From Antedon mediterranea (Eukaryota; Animalia; Echinodermata): 64,000 nucleotides of DNA. Positions 28,701-43,700 of this stretch are shown piece after piece (position 1 is the stretch's first letter; every line of letters begins with the position of its first letter). The stretch is taken from contig NC_092679.1 in assembly GCF_964355755.1 (NCBI RefSeq), positions 3,998,201-4,062,200 of the forward strand, read 5' to 3'. The notes under the pieces are model-generated. The model was not told where the DNA came from. It searched no databases and worked only from the letters and a program-made list of their open reading frames with translations. The translations under genes and the position numbers were made by a program.

Positions 28701-31700
28701 AATAAATACTGTGTAGAAATGTGTTTTTAATGAAAATTAAATATATAGTTTTATGATGTGTATTCATGCCATTGTTACAGTACAGAAAGAAATTACTGCT
28801 TCGTATCTACGCGTAGGCTTTCGTAGGTAGAACGTAGGTCATTGTTCTCTCCTACGATGTATTGTTTGTAGCCTACGATGTATTGTTTGTAGCCTACGAT
28901 GTATTGTTCTCTCCTACGATGTATTGTTCTCTCCTATCTACGATGTATTGTTCGTAGCCTACGATGTATTGTTATGAAATCTAGGCTACGCCTCGATCGT
29001 AGGGTGGTTCGTAGAAGCATGGACAATGCAAACAAACAATGTATTGTTTGCTAATTAAAATCCTACCTAAAGATAGTAGGTCAATTTTTGTAGCCGCCCT
29101 ACATCGTAGGTAATTGTTCTCTCCTACGATGTATTGTTTGTAGCCTACGATGAATTGTTTGTTATCCTAATTTGGACGGAAATCCGCCGACGAAACGACA
29201 TCGGGCCGGTGGACATCAGCTCACGTAGAGAGAGTCGAGGCTAGGCCTAGCTAGCTTGTTTCGGCGGCCTACACTATAAATTATTTATTCCTACCTTGTT
29301 GGGTTAGCGAATTATAAAAACAACGACAACTAGGCTAGGACACCAACAAAATATATGCAAAATAAATATATATTCCATATTAAGATTTAACATAAATAAA
29401 TAGGCCTTTTAAAATGATTACGACATGTATAAAGAAAAAGGCCCGACCAGAATTTGGAGGGGAAAAAACATGTGAGCTGAGCAGTTTAAAGAGAGTATTA
29501 TGTTTCATGTCATGTGACACAAAATCCAGGTACACGATCTTAATTACTGTTTTATCGTCGTCAGACGGTAGCCACCCTAAAAAAAAACATGTGAGAAATT
29601 GCGGTAAGCAGAGAGTATCGCGTTTCATGCCAAGTGACCCAAAAAAAAACTAGGTCTGTATTAATTACGGTCGTTCTGTCGGCAGTCTTTTTGAACGACC
29701 GATTGAACGTCCTGATGCTATATTTAGAATGAATTGTTTACGATCTTTTTTTTTTCGGCATCGTTTCTGGATGGGACGTTCGCTATATTATGTTTATTAG
29801 TTGGCCTGTTCGTTGCGGTTCACCTGTGTTGGATCGTGTCTCTCTCTACGTTATACATTGTGGGAAATTTATATTTGCCGTTGAGTAGGTAAACACGCAC
29901 GAAGGAAAATATTACGTTTAAAAAATATTATTTATTTTTTATTAATTTACAACTTTGTCCTCCGCCAATTAAATTTAACACATTAATTTCACACCTTACT
30001 TCACTAAGAACATCGTAGGGTTGTTTATTTTGGTTACGAACTCCCTACGAAGTTCAGAACGTAGCTCATTGAAAGTTGTTTATTGAGGTTACGAAGCCAA
30101 ACAATGGAACCTACGAACCCAACAACGTAGCCTACGTTCTATCTACGAAGCTACTTCGTAGGTAAAGTTGCAGTATTTTCTTTCTGTACTGTATATAAAG
30201 CTGTGACAACCGAATAGTGAAAGGTTTTCTAAATTTATTCTGTAAAATATATTTTTAATTACATTAATATTAATATTATGTGCGTGTGTTTTACAAATTC
30301 TATTAAGCTCTGTCTAAATGTATGGAGATGATGATGTTTTCATATCAACCATATTCGGGCATATCATTACCATAATTGGGCACACCATACTTTTTTTTTC
30401 AAACTAGTTTGATAGTGTACAGCTTTAGAATTGAATGTTATTGTTACGGTATTAATTATTTTCAATCATTTTGTGAACTTGCTTGTGCAATGTCCGTATA
30501 CCTGCTGTTTGTCTATTGCAGCCACATGTCAATACCTAGTTTTATCAAAGTGTCTGTTTGTTAGCAAGGTGAGATCAAGCTGTTTGTCGGGGTTAAAAGA
30601 ACAAGTTATTAATACCGCCCAACACTGTATAAGTTGAAACCTCTGCACAGCAACTTTCGTTTACAGACTTGCCTGCAATTACATCACTTCCTATTCTGCT
30701 GTGTTTTCACCTAGAATCAGTTATGCTTGATTTGAAAGTGTCAAAACAAGTTTTAAAATGCAAATGTTTTTCCGTCCATTATTGTTTGAAGTTACTTTTT
30801 CTTTTCTTTTAAAATCTGAATGCATTAAAAGAGAAACCATCCATTATTGCCACATGACCAACATACGCATACATAATGACAATATTCACATTCAATTAGG
30901 AACCATTGGACAGTACAACATTAGGTACACATTTAAATGGAGTTAATGTATGAAAAATCAATGTCTTTCAGCACATGTCCCATAGTACAGTTATGTGAAC
31001 CCAAAGCAAAGCATTCCAATGCAACTACCCAGTGTTGGAGTACCCCTTTAAGAGTACTAAACTATGGGCCTTTTCCCACTATGTTACATTATATAATGCC
31101 ATTGACAATTAAACTAACTGTACAGTATTAATTATTAAAGCCAAAATTCCATTTCATAGTCTTGTTTACTCCATCTGTCGGAGTGACGTGTGTAATTATT
31201 TGTCGTATTGTTGTTGACGTTTTTCACAATGAATCTAGTAAAATTGTATTCATAACTAAACACTTTCCTTTTTTATGCAGAAATTGTCGGTCAAGCGATG
31301 TTTCCGTTAGCAATGAACTGAACAGAGAGGTCAACTCGCGTATACAGAATCTTGACCGGTTGCTGAAAAGCATCAGAGTGTATTATCAGGTTGGTGATTT
31401 CTTGAATTAATAATAATAATTAAAAACCTAATATTAAAAACCGTTACATAACTGATAATTGTCTTAAAAGAATCTCATGTAATTTATCCATAATGGATGG
31501 TCTATTACAGTATGTGGCTAGCTTACCTGGATTTACTGTACATGACAATAGCCCACCATTCATTAAGCACCACCCCTATCAGATAATGGAGCCGCCTGCC
31601 AACTGTTACCATACAATCCTTATCACTTTCATGTTTGTTTAAAAATAATTATGATCCCACAATGTTTGTCCCCTATATTTTTATGCTGTATCAGTGATAA

Positions 31701-34700
31701 ACTCGCCGACGGTGCAAGACCCCATTTACAAATTTCGTTCCTGGGCTACTACATGATCAGGGGCCGAATTTAACTTTCTCAGTCCGCTCCAGCATATTAT
31801 TTACACTTGGCTCTGAGGATTCATTATACCTCATTACCATTGATCACAACGATTCATAGCTGAACTTGGTTTGAACGCCTTGCCAGATGATCAACATTTT
31901 TGCCAGTAAAGAATCAACCCAAAGCATTCACAGCACTGCATTTATCAATTTCAATCGTGTGAATGGGGTCTAAGTAAATTGGCTGTATTATTACAGGATT
32001 CTCTACACCATTAGCACTCCATACATGCAATGATAAAGATAGAGTGAATTGATTTTTAGTGAAATATAAAATCAAGTTAGTCTTTCTGTATTGATTTGTC
32101 TCTGTGTATTGACTTACATTGCTCTTTAATCAAATAAGACCGAGGTTCAGCACAAAAAACATCCTTATGAAATCCTATTAATATTTGTTTGATGTAGTAA
32201 GATTTTATAGCCACGTAAATTTTACTATAAATAATAATAATAATAATAAACTACATTTATATAGCGCCTAATGGATCACTGACCCCTCTAGATGCATTAC
32301 ATAGACCCTAACTAATGGTAATAAACTATCCCCCGCCAGACACCATTCCGGTATTTCTTAGTCAAGGTTTCGGGGATGGAAACGATCAATCTATCTTACT
32401 ATAGTGGTTAGATTTTACTACAACAATAATATGCCATTTTGTAATTTGTAATAGTAAACACTTTCAATATTACTGGGCTGGTCTCAGAAATAACGGTGTT
32501 TTAAGTGTTTTTAATGGTTGATAAAACAAAGTTGGTTCCTCTTGGACCTTGCTGTAGGCAAGTCAGTCTTGTAAATGTTTTAGGGAGTTATCAGAAGTAT
32601 TCCAAGTGTTTTTAATGATTGATAAAACAAAGTTGGTTCCTCTTGGACCTTGCTGTAGGCAAGTCAGTCTTGTAAATGTTTTAGGGAGTTATCAGAAGTA
32701 TTCCAAGTGTTTTTAATGGTTGATAAAACAAAGTTGGTTCCTCGTGGACCTTGCTGTAGGCAAGTCTTGTAAATGTTTTAGGGAGTTATCAGAAATATTC
32801 CAAGTGTTTTTAATGGTTGATAAAACAAAGTTGGTTCCTCTTGGACCTTGCTGTAGGCAAGTCTTGTAAATGTTTTAGGGAGTTATCAGAAGTATTCCAA
32901 GTGTTTTTAATGGTTGATAAAACAAAGTTGGTTCCTCTTGGACCTTACTGTAGGCAAGTCAGTCTTGTAAATGTTTTAGGGAGTTATCAGAAGTATTCCA
33001 AGTGTTTTTAATGGTTGATAAAACAAAGTTGGTTCCTCTTGGACCTTACTGTAGGCAAGTCAGTCTTGTAAATGTTTTAGGGAGTTATCAGAAGTATTCC
33101 AAGTGTTTTTAATGATTGATAAAACAAAGTTGGTTCCTCGTGGACCTTACTGTGGGCAAGTCTTGTAAATGTTTTAGGGAGTTATCAGAAGTATTCCAAG
33201 TGTTTTTAATGGTTGATAAAACAAAGTTGGTTCCTCTTGGACCTTGCTGTAGGCAAGTCTTGTAAATGTTTTAGGGAGTTATCAGAAGTATTCCAAGTGT
33301 TTTTAATGGTTGATAAAACAAAGTTGGTTCCTCTTGGACCTTGCTGTAGGCAAGTCTTGTAAATGTTTTAGGGAGTTATCAGAAGTATTCCAAGTGTTTT
33401 TAATGATTGATAAAACAAAGTTGGTTCCTCTTTGACCTTACTGTAGGCAAGTCTTGTAAATGTTTTAGGGAGTTATCAGAAGTATTCCAAGTGTTTTTAA
33501 TGGTTGATAAAACAAAGTTGGTTCCTCTTGGACCTTGCTGTAGGCAAGTCTTGTAAATGTTTTAGGGAGGTATCAGAAGTATTCCAAGTGTTTTTAATGA
33601 TTGATAAAAAAAACATGTTGATTCAACTTGCACTTTAGAACATTTTTGTAAAGCTTTTTGGGAGAGGTTCTGATTTTCAAAAGGTCCAGGTTTTTAAAGA
33701 GTCAACTAGTACTAGTAGTACACCAAACTAAACTGTACAAGGAATATCTTTTTATTATGTTGGTAGCAATAGCATAGGTTGGCCTACTTTTTACTAACCC
33801 GCTACTACTATGCTCAAAGCCCAATCAACTGTGTTAGCATTTGGCACACATCCTTCGATGGATTTTACGCTGATCCATTTAAATCCTAGGATTAAGGATT
33901 TTATCCTAAGTGGATCATTTCCGACAAACCGAAAAAGGAAATCTACCACCTTGGTCTTTACTAATCAAGTCCATGAGGGAATAGTATGCTCCAAGCGACT
34001 AACTATTAATGTTATTTAAACTATATTTTGTCTACGGCAATTTGCTTTTATAGTAATCCCTAAATAATTGTATGACAAAGAGAAGAAATAAAGCGTGTCA
34101 TCTACGTAACCCAATATACTTCACTATTCTTCTATTGAACCACATACAAACACAATACCATAGTTTACTTTCCCCTAGGTGTCTGTACTGTATTGTTTCC
34201 ATGCATTTGAATAGGTCATTTCAGGTGGTAGGTACTAGGGGACTGGAAATGGTGTGGTATTCTTTTGTGTAAGTCTGCAAACATTAAATAAGACTTCTGA
34301 CCATACTATAGAGAGAGTGCTACTAGGAGACCAGTTGGTATCGTTTTGTACCGTGCATGGATAAGAGCTTATAATATAATATATATTAATACTATAGTAT
34401 TATAGAGAGAGACTAGGGCTGTATATAGTGTACTATGCATTATTTTATAGTGACCAAAGTATAATAGATACTAGGGCTGTGTATAGTTATACTACATGCA
34501 TTATAGTGACCATAGTATATAATAGAGACTGACTGTGTATAGTTAGTATGCATTATAGTCACCATTAGTGTAATAGGGACTGGCTGTGTATAATGTACTG
34601 CATGTACATTATAAGATTAAGAGCATAGCATTTAATATAGAGAATAAGGCTGTGTACAGGTAGTGTACTGCATGCATAAGAAGAGCTGTGACCAGAGTGA

Positions 34701-37700
34701 CAGTGCTAGGGAACCAGTATGGCATCCTTTTGTAGTCAGTGGTGGTATGCGAAGAATTCCAATCAAGTTTTTTCCCAGCTACCCTTGACCTTTCAAGTTG
34801 AAACTTTAGCATTGTTGCTGGGTAGCAATAATATGTAATAAATATTATTTATGACATTATTTTTTATAACCTGGTTTTACACATTTCCTTGTCGTCAGAT
34901 CATAAAACTAGTTATAGCTATTTTCAAAATGCAGTTACACAATACTAACTGTACAGTATTAATATAAAATAATACACTGTACAACACATTCTTAAATTAT
35001 CATAGAAATCATTCCAATAAATAAATGCTCAATTAAAATAATAATTGTGATCATACATTTTGTACTGTATCTTCATTTGTTAATAATTAAAAATGCACAT
35101 ATTTTTAAAACAAAAATAAACAACGCTGGCTGGTTCATTATCAAAAAATATAAAATTACTGGTATATTATTAAATATTATAGTAATAATAAATCATTTTG
35201 GGTGAGGTAACTGTACTGTATTTGTTTACATAAATTACCTTCATATTTTTTTGTATAAAAAAGATATGCATAACTTTAAATAACTTCCTGTTATGATAAG
35301 TAAGGTAGTCCCTGACTGGCTGTCATGTTTTCAGTTATGACAAATTACTAAATTCATTTTCACTCAGCTAATTTCAACAACTAACCAACCAAAAACCTTT
35401 TCCTCTTACTCCTCCCTAACCACACCATACTCATCCAACAGTGAGCAACTCACCAATTACAGTTTAATTACATTATAATTTATTGTGCTTAAACTAACTG
35501 AGTCTCATTTGAAAGAGTTAAAACCATGGCACTAGGTCAGGATTGAACCATAGACCTTAAGATTGGAAGGCAAGCATGTTAATTGTTACTAACAAGTTAC
35601 AGCTCCACTACAAGCTTTAACCTCTGTCTACACTATCAAACTTCATGTGACAAAAAAATGTGAAAAACTAGTTTGGTACGGTTGTAGACGGAGCTTTAGT
35701 TTCCAATGTAGTAACAGTATAGAGATATAATATCTCTATGGTAACAGTAACTGTATACCAGCATTAAGGTTTTCCCCATCATAGCCTTTCTCATTACTAC
35801 TGGTCTTAACAGCCAATATTACTATTGTTCTTGTTCACTTGTTTGCATGGTATTGTGAGTCAGTGGCTATTGTTATTAAAACCAGGTGGAGTTCTCATTA
35901 ATAGGCTATTCCAATTTACTCACAAACGATGACTCACTGCATCCTATTATAAATAAATAGATAAAAATAATCACTATAAATACTTTAACTGTGTGTATCC
36001 CAGAATAGTACATGTAAATTGTAAACTACAGCACTTTCTACTATACTTTATTACTGTACATACTGCACTCCCTGCAATAATCCTTAATGTATTTTTCTTC
36101 ATACAGTACAGTCAATCATCGTCATCGCAATGAGTACAGCAAGTTCTAAGCTTCATTATTATTTAATCTAGATTTGGATTAAATTAATTAATTAAGTAAT
36201 TAAAGTGACCATGGAAATAAACAAGGCTATTCATTTATGATGGCTATTGAGTATTGTACACAATATAATACAATTTAATGGAATCACTTGAGTAACAGTG
36301 GCACACGTTAGACAATACCTAATAACGGTGCATCCAAACCAAAATTAAAAAGAAAAAATCAAAATAACATGACGAATAAGAGATTTAGTCTCACTGAATA
36401 AGTAGCTCAACTACTATACTTACATAATAATAAAGTTGGTACAAATTACTGTATTAAATTAATATACAGTTGTTAAAAAAAAACCAAAAAAAAACACAAT
36501 TTAAACATTATTTGCAGGGTTATTTAAAATTTCAGTTCTGTACTTACTACTACTCTGCTACTACTTACTACTACATGTACAGTATTCTTTATTTTAACCA
36601 TATTGGTCCCATACATGCTTGGTTCAAATCAATGTGGTTTTGATAATTAAAAACCAAACCATTGGATAATCAAGAAAAAAAAGCCACCCCTATTTTTGCG
36701 TTAACAATCATTGTTTGTTTTTGGAAGATATGATATTGATACTGTACTTAAGTAAAAATTCCTCTTATGTTCTGATCTGTTTATCATTAATACTAACAAA
36801 ATGGATTTGGCCATATTGAACTATTTACTCACTGTATTAAATTATAGTTATTATAGCTTTACTGACAGTATATTGGAATAAAAATATTTATATATAAATT
36901 GGAAATCTGTAATGAAGGGTGTGGTTCATCTTTCATTTTAATAGTTGATGATCTCATAACAATTAAGTTTTAGTTGGCTGGTATAGTAAATATATCATTA
37001 ATAATATTATTAATATTAATTATACATTTGATGCAACATCCTTTAAAAGGATACCAATCCTATTTATTACTGGCTGTACTGCTTTTATTAATATTTATCC
37101 TGTATTTTAATTATATTGTTATAGCGCGTAAACAATGCTACAACGTGAATAGTGGGAGTGAGTACAAAACAGGGGTGTTTCCCATTTGTGAAAAATCAAT
37201 ATTATTTGCTTGTATTCATTCGGTTTATTGAACTCGCTTCAGGATATCATTATTTGTAATGCTGTAGTAGGCTTTGAACAGTCATTGTATGAGTCAATGT
37301 GTATGTTGTTTACGTTTTAATTTGCAGCCTTTCTCGTACATCTAGGAATAGAGCTGCTTTAACATTGATACTGTACATGGTCATACCTCATACAATACCA
37401 AACATTGTTATTATTAATGTATTGTAGTAGTTAATGATCTATGATTATCTGTAGAATAGTGGAATTCTTTGCCGGAAACTTGCCTAGATTCAGCCCTTGT
37501 CTTTTAAGGAGAGCGAGTACAATCACTCACCTAACACACTCCTAAACTGCATTTGAGGAGTGCAATTTACAATGCTTAAATTTGGTAAACTTCTACACAC
37601 CAAAAATACAAACAGCACACCTACAGCACCTCTGAATGTATTGAGGAGTGCCATTTTTAGTACAACTATAATTTTCAAAAGAAAAAGCCTGCATATTGTG

Positions 37701-40700
37701 TCTTTGAATGTATCATCACATCCCTGCCTTTCCATCAGTAGCTATGATGACAAAATACATTGTCCCCTAAAGGCAAAGGTACATATCTTGTCACCTCTTC
37801 CTAGATAATTTATGATAATCATTTTGGTGACACTATTCATCCAGAAATCTCTTCAATTCAAGGATACTATTTAACCATTTATAATTAACACTGATGATTA
37901 TTGTCCCATCAGGTATAAAGCACACTTGAATCTATACAAACAAACTGCTGTCTTTTTATAAAGAGACTATTGGATCTATACAAACAAAAACATTATCTAT
38001 GCAGTTATCTACAATGACATTGAACTTTTAATTCTGTAGTTCAGTGAAGATACAACAAGAATTTAGACATCGTTAGCGAATTGTGGATGATAATATTTAA
38101 CGAGTGATGGAATATAAAAACAAGCAATTATTTGATATGTAAAGTTTGCTTTCATAATAATATAAAGATACTACAGTACTAGCTAGAGATAAATGATAAA
38201 ATATGCGTCAAAAGTAACACAGAGGTTTCTGAAATTAGGCTATTGTTTGTGGAAAATCTTAAAATTAAGCTTTAGTGTACTGTAGGTGTGAAAGTTATAT
38301 AAAAAATGAGTGTCTATTTTGTGTAAAAAAATGTGTTCTAAATAAATTGGTGTTTTTTTCTGTATTTTGTTTTCGGTTTAAAAAAGAATCACAGAAAAAA
38401 CTGCTAAACTAGGCTGCCTTCTTAATTTAAAATTCATCAAAATGCATTTAACTAGCAACTCTCTACTCAGCTGTCTATATTAGTTAACATATGTGTACGT
38501 TTACATGTAATTGGACTTCCTAAAGAAAGATTCGTTTTCCACTTCAGCAAACTGCTTTCCAGCACAACACCATGTGAAACTTATCTCCGTAGGCTGTTCA
38601 TCTGTGAACGTTCTCAGTGTCTTGCTATTCATAATGTATTAAATGAAGCGGAGAAAGAATTTCTAAGACCCATAACACTTTCTTTTTATTCAATATAAAT
38701 TTATTGTTTTGTTCTCAAATAAAATTACTGCATAAAAATGCTGTTTGCTGATACTGTTCTACAGTACTGTACAATGTTTTTGTTGTGGTTTTTCTTGGTT
38801 TTTTCCCCTCAATCTTTACCTTGTTTGAGAAAGCTATTATATTATTAACAAATATACAGTAATAGTATAATGTCTTCATTGCTACAGAAGTAGGTATTAT
38901 TAACATACTAGTCATTTCTTGTACCCAAAGGCTTGGATATTATCCAGAGAAGTTGATTATTGAAGAAGTTGTTGATGAGTATTTTTCGACCTTCATCTAC
39001 TAATGCTGTATACTTTGACATTGTTATAGATCTGACTACAGTATATGATATAGTGTTTCCAGTATATGTGTATCCATATCTTTATTATGCATTGCCATTA
39101 CTACACTCAAGCCAAGGCTAACTCTCCTCATTCACGTTGCAAGCTCATGGGAAATTAAACCAACATTAATTATTTGATATCGTTTCATGGCACAGTATAC
39201 TAAACAGAATCTATTTTTTACATTAGTTATTTAGCTCTTCAATACAAAAAGTAAATAAAATAAAACAAATTATTGTGTTTATAATAGTGCATGAAGATTG
39301 CTCTACTAAAAATAAAATATGTATAATAGTTTAGTCTATTTCTGAATTCTATTTTCTCACACAATAACACAACATGCATACTGTAATATTATACAGAATA
39401 CTGTAGAACAAGAAACGGTATTTGTTTTGCATTGTTTAGTATTATCTCACAATCTGTCTTGGAACATCATACAGTACTGTACTGTAAACATATCTAACAG
39501 TACACTAATCTCCTGATAGCAGATCTGTCGCTTAGACATTGCTTTGATTGCAGTTGTTAAGCATGATCAGTAATAAATTATGTAAATTATACATGTGGTG
39601 TGAAAATAGCAATTTTAGTTGTAAATGCAATGCAATAGTTCAGTAGGTTATGTTAATGTGTACTATTTGTTAAAATATATCCTATAATATTAACAACCGT
39701 ATGGCTTGTTTACAGTACTGTAATAAGCTCATCTGATCCCCAAAAAATAAAATAAATTGATCATTCAGTGTTTTAAAGAATGGTATGGGAGGCAAAGTGG
39801 GCATAAATGGAATGACATTTAAATCAACTTTCTATTAAAATGCTTGTGGAGCAGGCAAATACTATAATTGAAGATAAATCTAGAATTCATCAGCTGATCT
39901 TACCAGATCAATAAATGTCCTGAAAAAAACACACACACATGGGAATAATGATCCACAGCTGATATAAAACCTCTGTCCATTTTACCAAGAGAAACTGGGT
40001 TTCATCTACACCTCATTAAACCGGATCTAATCCTCTGTTTATCACTGCTAAATAAACTCGCACATATTGGAATTTTGTAGCCTGAAGGAATCAAACTTTA
40101 TCCCAAGGGAGAATATGTTTCCCATGTATTAGTTACACTGAATGCAGTTGATAGGGCGTATTCACCAGCCTAATTTTCTTTCACCTACAGTAACTTAATT
40201 TTCACAATGGGTCTGGTGGATCTTTCCACCCATCCTAAATATTTGGTCAATATCGTCAGCTTTTTTTGTATACCGTATCAATGCACCCTTACCATTATCC
40301 ATAGTACCATTTAGCATCCTACGTTGCATTACTAAACAAACTCATATTGGAAATTTGAAGCCTAGAGAGACAATCAATAACTGTGTTGTGAATTTGATCT
40401 CAAAACCTTTTCCTGGGGGATTCTGGGGTGATAGTGCAGCAGAATGTTATCCAGTGTTGAGATACAGGTAAAAGTAGTTAATAATATTAATAATAGATGA
40501 CATCATTTCTTATGTATTTATATGCAAATGACAATAAATAATGAATGTCAGTAAATAAAGTTCTTGTCTGGTTTCTAAGTAGGGTTATTGGTGTGTTGTA
40601 CCGTGGATAAATCTTCCTTAGAGGCCGACACTAAGGCTCTTTGATGCAGGAGGTCCGCGAAAGTTACATTACAATGCAAAAATAGGACATCTTTATGTTA

Positions 40701-43700
40701 ACTTTACAGAATACTTTTTAGGCCCTTGCCCCACCTATTTCAATATCCTGGATCCTGAAGCCACAGTGATGACAATGGGTGGGTTAGCAGGTGATCCGGT
40801 TTGTTGCCCTTTAAAAATGAAGGTGGGAAGCATGGTAAACAGTCATTAAACAACTATAGCGGATTTTTCAATGGAAATTCTTGTACCAAAAATAGACACG
40901 AGGTCAGTCTTATGTTTCTTTAGAAGTGTTGGCTTTTAACTTTGCTGTCTTGTATTGTTGGATGTCCATTTGCTTTGTTTCATCTGCAGTATTCTACTAG
41001 CTGATAATTTCATTATGACAGCCAAATGTTTTTTTTCCTTCAAGTACTGCAGTCTAGACTAGTTCAATAAAATGTAGTGTGTTTTTATCATCATCATCCA
41101 CTGTAATTAAAATAATATTTTTTGATGGTATCCTTTCACAAATCATTACTTATTATTATTGAATAATAGTACATGACTTTTTACCAAAATTCTAGGCCAA
41201 GGCTTTGCCTAAACGTTGAAGTTATCATTTTATACTTCCATGCCTGGAGAATGATTATTTTTTAGTATGATATTGATAATATCATTATAATACACCAATA
41301 CGGTTCTGATTATGTTCTGTGGTTTTTCCTTTTAAAAAACTGTGATAAAGAAATGTGACTTCCATATCAAAAGGCCTTGTTTGTTGGGAAAACATTACTC
41401 AAGGGGACACTGAATACAACCCCTGAGGGTGTATGTTTATGATGCGGTTAAAGATCACAGTGGTTTCTCATAAACCTTGGTCTCTCCAACAGGTTTATAA
41501 ACAACAAAAATGATAGACAGATTATAATTGGAAAATTCTGTTAATCAAAAGCATCAAAAACTACATAATTTTATATTTTGTTACATTTTTAAGCCTATAC
41601 TCAGAACTTTATCCAAAGTTATTTTCATATACTGTACCCGGTACCGATTAATTTCAATCTTTTCATAATCGCATACTGTAGTACATATGAATAATAAAAT
41701 CCCATTTATTATATCGCAACTGGTCATAAACAATTAGTCAAAATAAATCAGGAAAATTTGCTTGAAATCAACGCTTTTAAAATCTCAAATGAGCCATATG
41801 TTCCAATTCACCAGTGTAAACTAACAAGGTACAATAACAATTAGCAAATTGTGCACCGCCTATTTTCTGTTCACAGACCAAGACACATTAGGGGGCCGTA
41901 GCATGATAATTGTTTCCGTAATATGCCATGAAAGCCATTTAAAACAATTATAAAGAATTACTTAAAAATCGTTTTGTGTGGGTCACTGTTCTGGGTTTAT
42001 TCCCTGCGTGCAGTTTTATGATTTGGGATAAAACATCTTTGTGTATATTTTAAATGAAATGATTCTGGTTGGATTCATTTATTATTCAGAATTAGGGATT
42101 ATATTTCATTTTGTTAATATAGTAAAGTTGTGGAATGTTGTTTGGTGACAAAAAGCACAATCAAATCTTATATTTACAGTACAAAATATCTCTATAAGGC
42201 TCTGTAGCATAATCTAGTGGTTGATGTGATCGTCTTCCTATCAAACGGTAATACTGGGTTTAAATCTGCCCATCAGTGCCTCATAATAAAACTTTTCGGT
42301 GTTAATACATACCATATTGTAGCTTAATAAAAGTATTTATAGCATACCACGTTAAAGGGAAACTGAGACAAGTTTATTTCTAGGTTGGTCCTCATTTTAT
42401 GCTCTGTATTATTTGTATGACATTTAATGAAATAAATGTTTGTTGAATTTTGAATTTGAAGTCATGTGTTCCTGTATTAATTAGAACTATTGAATTGTCA
42501 GACAGTAGAAAAACGGAAATGATGTTACAGTTGTAACTTATTTATTGTACTTATTGGATCGAATTCTAGTCAACCATTTGAATTCATGATCAATTATTTA
42601 TTGACGTTTCCACATCCAATGTACATTAGCTTTTAGTCAATTATGCTTTTTATCGCTTCTTAATGAACTAAAAGCTTTCTTTATCAACTAAGTATAAAGT
42701 AACGCCTTTGAAACTCAGCATTTACTAATAATCGTGGAAAATTAACTAGCTTTTTAGTGTCTTGTTAGACAAATTATTGCACTTGTTTACTGAAAATGAA
42801 TCGGTCAATCAAACATTATGTTTAGACTGACATCTTTTGCCCCAGGGCTTGTACATTGTTTTTTTAAATCAGTTTTTCAGTCAAAAACTGTTATTTTTCC
42901 AAGGTGTGATGGAACTTTGGTAGGCTTTGACAAATGTTAGCAATGTTTATCTTGTACTGTATGTACTGTAGATAAATTGATTACTAAAAATGAATCAGTC
43001 AATTAGTAAAAATTATGTTGTCCTGGTGTTTGTACTGTACAATTTGCTATAAATATTGTATATCAGTTCTGCGTTGGTCAAAACTTTATTGTTATTTCCC
43101 AAGGTGTGGTGGACCTTTGTTAGACTTTGTTGACAAGACCAATGTTTGGTTAAAATGTTCCAGAACTATAGACCATGGCCAGAGTTCATTTAAGGTCATG
43201 ATTCATCCTGTGTAACTTGATCATACTCTCTCACCACATGAGTGATAACTTGGTCTAAATTTACTTTACAGTTTGCAGAAAATATTTCTTAGAAAGTAAT
43301 AATGAGAGTTGTTAATTGAATTTGGGGAAAGTTAATTAAGTTCATGCTAGGCTAACGTCAATGTTGGGTGTCAGATATTATGTTGTGAAAACATAGCTCT
43401 CCTAATTACAGGTTTCTTTCAACAAAATATTCCCTTTCAAACCATAAAGTAAGCATGCAATTTGAATGAGTTCAAGGCTCTTCTTGTTGAACATGGTTCT
43501 GGTCTGGTTGTAGAACAAGTTTTCACCCCCCCCCCCCCTTCTCCTTTTCAAACCATAAAGTAACTATGCAATCTGAATGAGTTCAAGGCTCTTCTTGTTG
43601 AACATTGTTCTGGTCTGGTTGTAGAACAAGTTTTCACCCCCCCCCCCCTTCTCCTTTTCAAGCCATACACTAGTAAGCATACAATCTAAATGAGTTCAAG

